DNA from: Minisyncoccota bacterium
Lineage (GTDB): Bacteria > Patescibacteriota > Minisyncoccia > Phycocordibacterales > JAQTLZ01
Direction: 5' to 3'
Assembly: GCA_028714635.1 (NCBI GenBank)
Contig: JAQTLZ010000004.1
Span: 32,354 to 96,353, forward strand
Length of the DNA stretch: 64,000 bases
Both the position numbers and the translations under genes were made by a program. The stretch's first letter is position 1. Every line of letters begins with the position of its first letter. Shown in pieces: positions 59,912 through 64,000 of this stretch. Under the pieces are notes generated by a model. That model had not been told where the DNA came from. It ran no database searches and saw only the letters and a list, made by a program, of their open reading frames with translations.

Positions 59912-61650
59912 TTCGTCGGCGACTGCTCTCTCCACAAAGCAGCGTACAATCCTTTTTTCTTAAGGAGTGATTCGTGCGTCCCTTCTTCAATAATTTTGCC
60001 TTTTTCTAAGACGTAAATTCTCTTTGCGTGGGCAATTGTTGAAAGCCTGTGAGCAACTAGAATTTGCATAACTCCTTTTGCCGCGATCTCGACGCTCTGA
60101 ATCGTGTCCGTAATTTCTTTTTCAGTAATCGAATCGAGGCTCGAAGTCGCTTCATCGAAAATAATAAGTTCCGGCTTTCGAAGAAGCGCACGAGCGATAG
60201 CGAGACGCTGGCGTTCTCCTCCTGAAACTTTCACTCCTCCTTCGCCGATCTTTGTATCGAGTCCTTGCCCGCTCCTCTCTAAAATAGTTGTGGCTTGAGC
60301 AAAAGAAAGCGCTAAAAGACACTCTTCATCTGTAGCGTCAGTTTTCACGAATAAAAGATTATCTCGAATGGTTCCTGAAAAAAGCTGGGTCTCCTGCGCA
60401 ACAAGCCCGACACGACTTCGTAATGCCTCGAAATCGATCTTGGACGCGTTTACAGTATTGAAGGAAAGAGAACCTTTCTCCGGTTGGTAAAGGCCAAGCA
60501 CAAGCTTTACGAGAGTCGATTTGCCGGAACCAGAAGGGCCCACAAAAGCGACTGTTTCCCCGACATGTACTTTTAAGTTAATCCCCGAAACAGCCGAACT
60601 TCGAGCTCCCGAGTAAGCAAAGTCAACATTTTTAAATTCAATTGATTCAAGTGATTTGAGTCGCACGGGAGAAAGAGGAACCGGAGCAACTTGGCGAGAA
60701 AGGAGCTCCGCTACGGCAGCGAGGCTTGCGCTGGCTTCCTGAAATTGTGCGAAAACGTTTGCGAGTTCACCAAGCGGGTTGAAAATAAAGAATGAGTAGA
60801 TAAAGAGGCTGAAAAATTCTCCGACCGTGATGGCAGAATTCCAGATGAGCCAAAGCATAAGGAGAAGAAGCGAAGAACGAAGGGCATTGATGCATGTGCC
60901 TTGAATAAAGCTTAAGGTGCGAATAAGTTTTATTTTCTTAAGTTCGAGGGTGAGGATCTTTTGATTTACAATATTAAGGCGAGTGATCTCTTGTTCTTCA
61001 AGTCCCAAACTTTTCACCATCTCGACGTTTCGAATCGTCTCTGTCGTCGAACCGGCAAGATTTGCAGTTTCGATGACGATATTTTTCTGCGCCCGTTTGA
61101 TCTTCCTTGAAATAGTGAAGGTTACCGTTCCAAGCACCGGAATGATAAGAATATAGACGAGCCCAACTGACCAGTGCACATTGAGTGCGTAGATGATCAC
61201 AAAAATAATCCCAACGAGTGCGATGAAAATGCTTCCAATCGCACTCATAATGAGCGTTTGAGCATCAAGACGGGCTTTCTGAAGTTTCTGGAGCATCTCC
61301 CCGCTTCTTTCATCCTCAAAAATAGCGTAGGGCAGGGCAAAAGTATGAGCGACGGATTCGCTGTACATTTCAGTTCCCACCCTTTGAGTTATCACGTTCG
61401 CATAATAATCTTGGAAATTTTTAGCAATTCGCGAGACAAGCGCAACGCCGATCGAAGCAAGGAGAAGAAGAAGAACACCCCGAAGAAATCCGGAATGGGT
61501 GTAGCTCGCCGCCTGGGTCGCATATCTATCAACAATGATCCGGAAAATTTGCGGATCCAAAAGCGAAAAACCCTGGTTTATTGTCGCCAAAGCTAAAGTC
61601 CCCACCAGAAGCCATCTTTGTTTTTTTACGTATTTCCAGAGAAGTTGCAT
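59908..61650 (-). CDS. ABC exporter, fused permease/ATPase
   Basis: N-terminal TM domain, GPSGSGKS, signature VSGGERQR, DEATS, VAHRLST. Confidence 0.95.
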   Translation of the reverse strand: MQLLWKYVKKQRWLLVGTLALATINQGFSLLDPQIFRIIVDRYATQAASYTHSGFLRGVLLLLLASIGVALVSRIAKNFQDYYANVITQRVGTEMYSESVAHTFALPYAIFEDERSGEMLQKLQKARLDAQTLIMSAIGSIFIALVGIIFVIIYALNVHWSVGLVYILIIPVLGTVTFTISRKIKRAQKNIVIETANLAGSTTETIRNVEMVKSLGLEEQEITRLNIVNQKILTLELKKIKLIRTLSFIQGTCINALRSSLLLLMLWLIWNSAITVGEFFSLFIYSFFIFNPLGELANVFAQFQEASASLAAVAELLSRQVAPVPLSPVRLKSLESIEFKNVDFAYSGARSSAVSGINLKVHVGETVAFVGPSGSGKSTLVKLVLGLYQPEKGSLSFNTVNASKIDFEALRSRVGLVAQETQLFSGTIRDNLLFVKTDATDEECLLALSFAQATTILERSGQGLDTKIGEGGVKVSGGERQRLAIARALLRKPELIIFDEATSSLDSITEKEITDTIQSVEIAAKGVMQILVAHRLSTIAHAKRIYVLEKGKIIEEGTHESLLKKKGLYAALWREQSPTN

Positions 61651-61656
61651 ACAGAA

Positions 61657-64000
61657 TTATTTATTCTTTTTTAAAAATGCCGGCAAAGTTTTAAGAAGTC
61701 TTTCTCTCCACAGAGCATTCGAGTAAATTTGCTCGACTGCCTGCTCCAAAGTTCTTTTTGCACCAGGAGCTGGGTGAGTTTTAAAGAATTTTTGAATCTC
61801 TTTCGCTTTTTCGGTTGTTGCAAAAACAGACGCACTTTCCAATATATGAGCAATAATTCCTGCTCCTCCGTACCGAGACAAAAGCTCGTCCCAGTGTTTT
61901 TTCACAAATTTCCAGGTCAACTCTTGCCCGTGCGGATTTCTCCATGCCAAAATAATGAGTATAAAAGCATCTTGTGCCCGCACCTCCTTAGAAAGAGCAA
62001 AATTGAGAGTTTCTTCTATGAGTTTTTCAGTAGAGAAATTTGCAAGTGCCCTCCCGATTCGATTTTTTTCTTCTTGAAGTTTCTCTTTCTTGTACAGATT
62101 AGTGAGAGTTTCGTGCTCTTTTTTACTTCCATAGCGAGCTACGAGCATGAAAACAACACCCCGAATATCTGCGTAAATTGGAGCACCTTTTTCTATAAAA
62201 TCATGAAAAAGCCTCTGCGCTCGTTTTATAACCTCTTTATTGCCATAAATTCCCGCACTTCCGAGAATAAGTGAGCGCAAAAGTGTTACTGTGTGTCTTT
62301 CTTCATCTTTCTTTGCCCAGCCTAATTTTTTGACAACTCCTAGAAATATCTTTCCGGCATATTCCTTGTATTCATCTTTCAACTTCCCTGCTGGCAAAAC
62401 TCCGGCGAGCGAAGAAAGCCCAGACGCCAATTCTCCCCAAACAGCATAATCATCTTCGTTCTTGAAACTCTCCGAAAGAGTGAGAACATCTTCAACTTTG
62501 ATTTTGCCAGCCTCTAGAAGAGCAAAAGCGTCTCGAATAATACCGAGTCTATCAATTGGACCAAATACCTTATCTTCGATCGGTTTTTTAAAACTTTCGA
62601 GCATCTCTTTCGGATATGCTGTGCGGAAAAAACCCGTTTCTCCGTAATTTATCTTTGTCCACTTTGAACCGGCTTTTCTCAAAACCGCAAAGGTCTTTTT
62701 ATTCGAAATAGTTTTTTCTACTTCACTTTTATTATTCGATTTGGAAATTACAGGAATATGCCACAAAGTTTTATCCTTAGCTTTCTTTTCTGAAATAGGG
62801 CTTGAAAAAAAACGTGATTGGGTCAAATTGTATTTGCTTTGTACTTGCGAAACCTGGAGAACTGGATATCCGGGATGTTCCGTCCAATCTCGCATTATTT
62901 TCGCCACAGGTTTGCCAGAAACTTTTTCGAGAGCTTTCCAAAGATCAGCAGTTTCAGCATTCGCGTAGCTGTGTTTTTTCAAATAATGCGAAAGGCCTTT
63001 TCGGAAATTTTCTTTCCCAAGATATTCTGCGAGCATTCTGATAACGCTTCCCCCTTTCGAATAGCTGACTTTGTCGAAAATCTCACTGATTTCGTTTGGA
63101 TGATGCACGGGAACTTCGATCGGATGAGTATTCGCGAGAGCATCAAGTTGAAGGGCGACGCCGTGATCTTCGATAAGAAATTGCGTCCACATATCCCACT
63201 CTGGAAACATTGCATCAACCGCGAGATACTCGATGTACGTTGCGAATCCCTCGTTGAGCCACAAATGCGTCCACCATTCCATCGTTACAAGATTTCCAAA
63301 CCACTGATGGGCGATCTCGTGAGCAATTACAATAGCTACTCGCTGTTTTGTGGCAAGCGCGGAATGTTCTTCGTCATACAAAAGCGCAGTCTCTCGATAG
63401 GTAATGGCTCCCCAATTTTCCATGGCTCCTGATTGGAAATCCGGAATGGCAATGAGATCAAGGGCAGGAAGCGGATAATGAATGCCGAAATATTTTTCAA
63501 AGAATGAGAGAGATTTTTTCGCAACTTCCAGAGCAAATTTTCCTTGATGAATTTTTCCGGGAGTAGTAAAAATTCGCACAAGAGTCCCCCGGGCAGTTTT
63601 CCCTTCGATAGATTCAAAATCTCCAACAATAAATGCCGCGAGGTAGGTAGACATCTTCGGAGTTGGTTCAAAAGTAACAGTTTTGTATCCTCCCTCATGC
63701 TCCCGAATGTTCGAAGGCATGGTATTTGAAATAGCCGTCAGGTTTGTCGGCACAACAAGTGAGATATCGAAAATAGCCTTCAAAGCGGGCTCATCAAAGC
63801 AGGGAAAGGCCTGACGGGCATCTGTTGACTCAAATTGGGTTGTGGCGAGGTGTTTCGTTTGACCCTTGTGTTCATACCGACTCCGATAAAAGCCCCGCAT
63901 TAAATCGTTTAAAACTCCTCGAAACACTAGAGCAAGCTTAAGCTTCCCTTTAGGAATTTCATTTTGAAAGTGAAATGTAGCAGTCTCTGCCTTCTCATCG
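61657..64000 (-). CDS. M1 family aminopeptidase (PepN/puromycin-sensitive type, ERAP1_C domain); 5' end outside the window
   Basis: ARQAFPCFDEP, GAMENWG, HEIAHQWFG...LNEGFA; the frame stays open to the window end. Confidence 0.95.
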   Translation of the reverse strand, partial: DEKAETATFHFQNEIPKGKLKLALVFRGVLNDLMRGFYRSRYEHKGQTKHLATTQFESTDARQAFPCFDEPALKAIFDISLVVPTNLTAISNTMPSNIREHEGGYKTVTFEPTPKMSTYLAAFIVGDFESIEGKTARGTLVRIFTTPGKIHQGKFALEVAKKSLSFFEKYFGIHYPLPALDLIAIPDFQSGAMENWGAITYRETALLYDEEHSALATKQRVAIVIAHEIAHQWFGNLVTMEWWTHLWLNEGFATYIEYLAVDAMFPEWDMWTQFLIEDHGVALQLDALANTHPIEVPVHHPNEISEIFDKVSYSKGGSVIRMLAEYLGKENFRKGLSHYLKKHSYANAETADLWKALEKVSGKPVAKIMRDWTEHPGYPVLQVSQVQSKYNLTQSRFFSSPISEKKAKDKTLWHIPVISKSNNKSEVEKTISNKKTFAVLRKAGSKWTKINYGETGFFRTAYPKEMLESFKKPIEDKVFGPIDRLGIIRDAFALLEAGKIKVEDVLTLSESFKNEDDYAVWGELASGLSSLAGVLPAGKLKDEYKEYAGKIFLGVVKKLGWAKKDEERHTVTLLRSLILGSAGIYGNKEVIKRAQRLFHDFIEKGAPIYADIRGVVFMLVARYGSKKEHETLTNLYKKEKLQEEKNRIGRALANFSTEKLIEETLNFALSKEVRAQDAFILIILAWRNPHGQELTWKFVKKHWDELLSRYGGAGIIAHILESASVFATTEKAKEIQKFFKTHPAPGAKRTLEQAVEQIYSNALWRERLLKTLPAFLKKNK

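Overview
A 64-kb stretch of a small bacterial genome, mostly encoded on the minus strand. It is most likely Patescibacteria/CPR (Parcubacteria-like); this is inferred from the short L13, AlaRS without C-Ala, the 80-aa ATP synthase epsilon, a sigma70-region-4/HARE-HTH protein and an FtsA-like conserved gene pair. Core content: the infA-rpmJ-rpsM-rpsK-rpsD-rpoA-rplQ-rplM-rpsI cluster, alaS, mnmA, mltG, leuS, ychF, zwf-pgl, a full F0F1 operon, tRNA-Ala(TGC), uvrB/uvrA/uvrC, tgt, an ECF sigma factor, gdhA, an ABC exporter and an M1 aminopeptidase. No prophage, CRISPR or rRNA was seen. The most striking non-annotated structure is an 83-bp element with 14-bp terminal inverted repeats, present three times (pgl, atpH, a pseudouridine synthase). 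Each copy sits exactly in the host gene's start codon: it duplicates ATGN, regenerates the host ATG and creates a conserved 26-aa upstream ORF that stops 4 nt before it. Other oddities: a RAYT-type HUH transposase flanked by covarying GTAG palindromes, a LeuRS with an inserted Ham1/ITPase-like domain and an altered editing motif, a tandem HisI-like pseudo-dimer, a recoded duplicate of the ychF 3' end interrupted by a hairpin, and a ~310-bp structured element with 19-bp inverted ends. There is also a split between apparently leaderless core genes and Shine-Dalgarno-led orphan cassettes. All protein calls come from motif recognition by eye; no database search was run.
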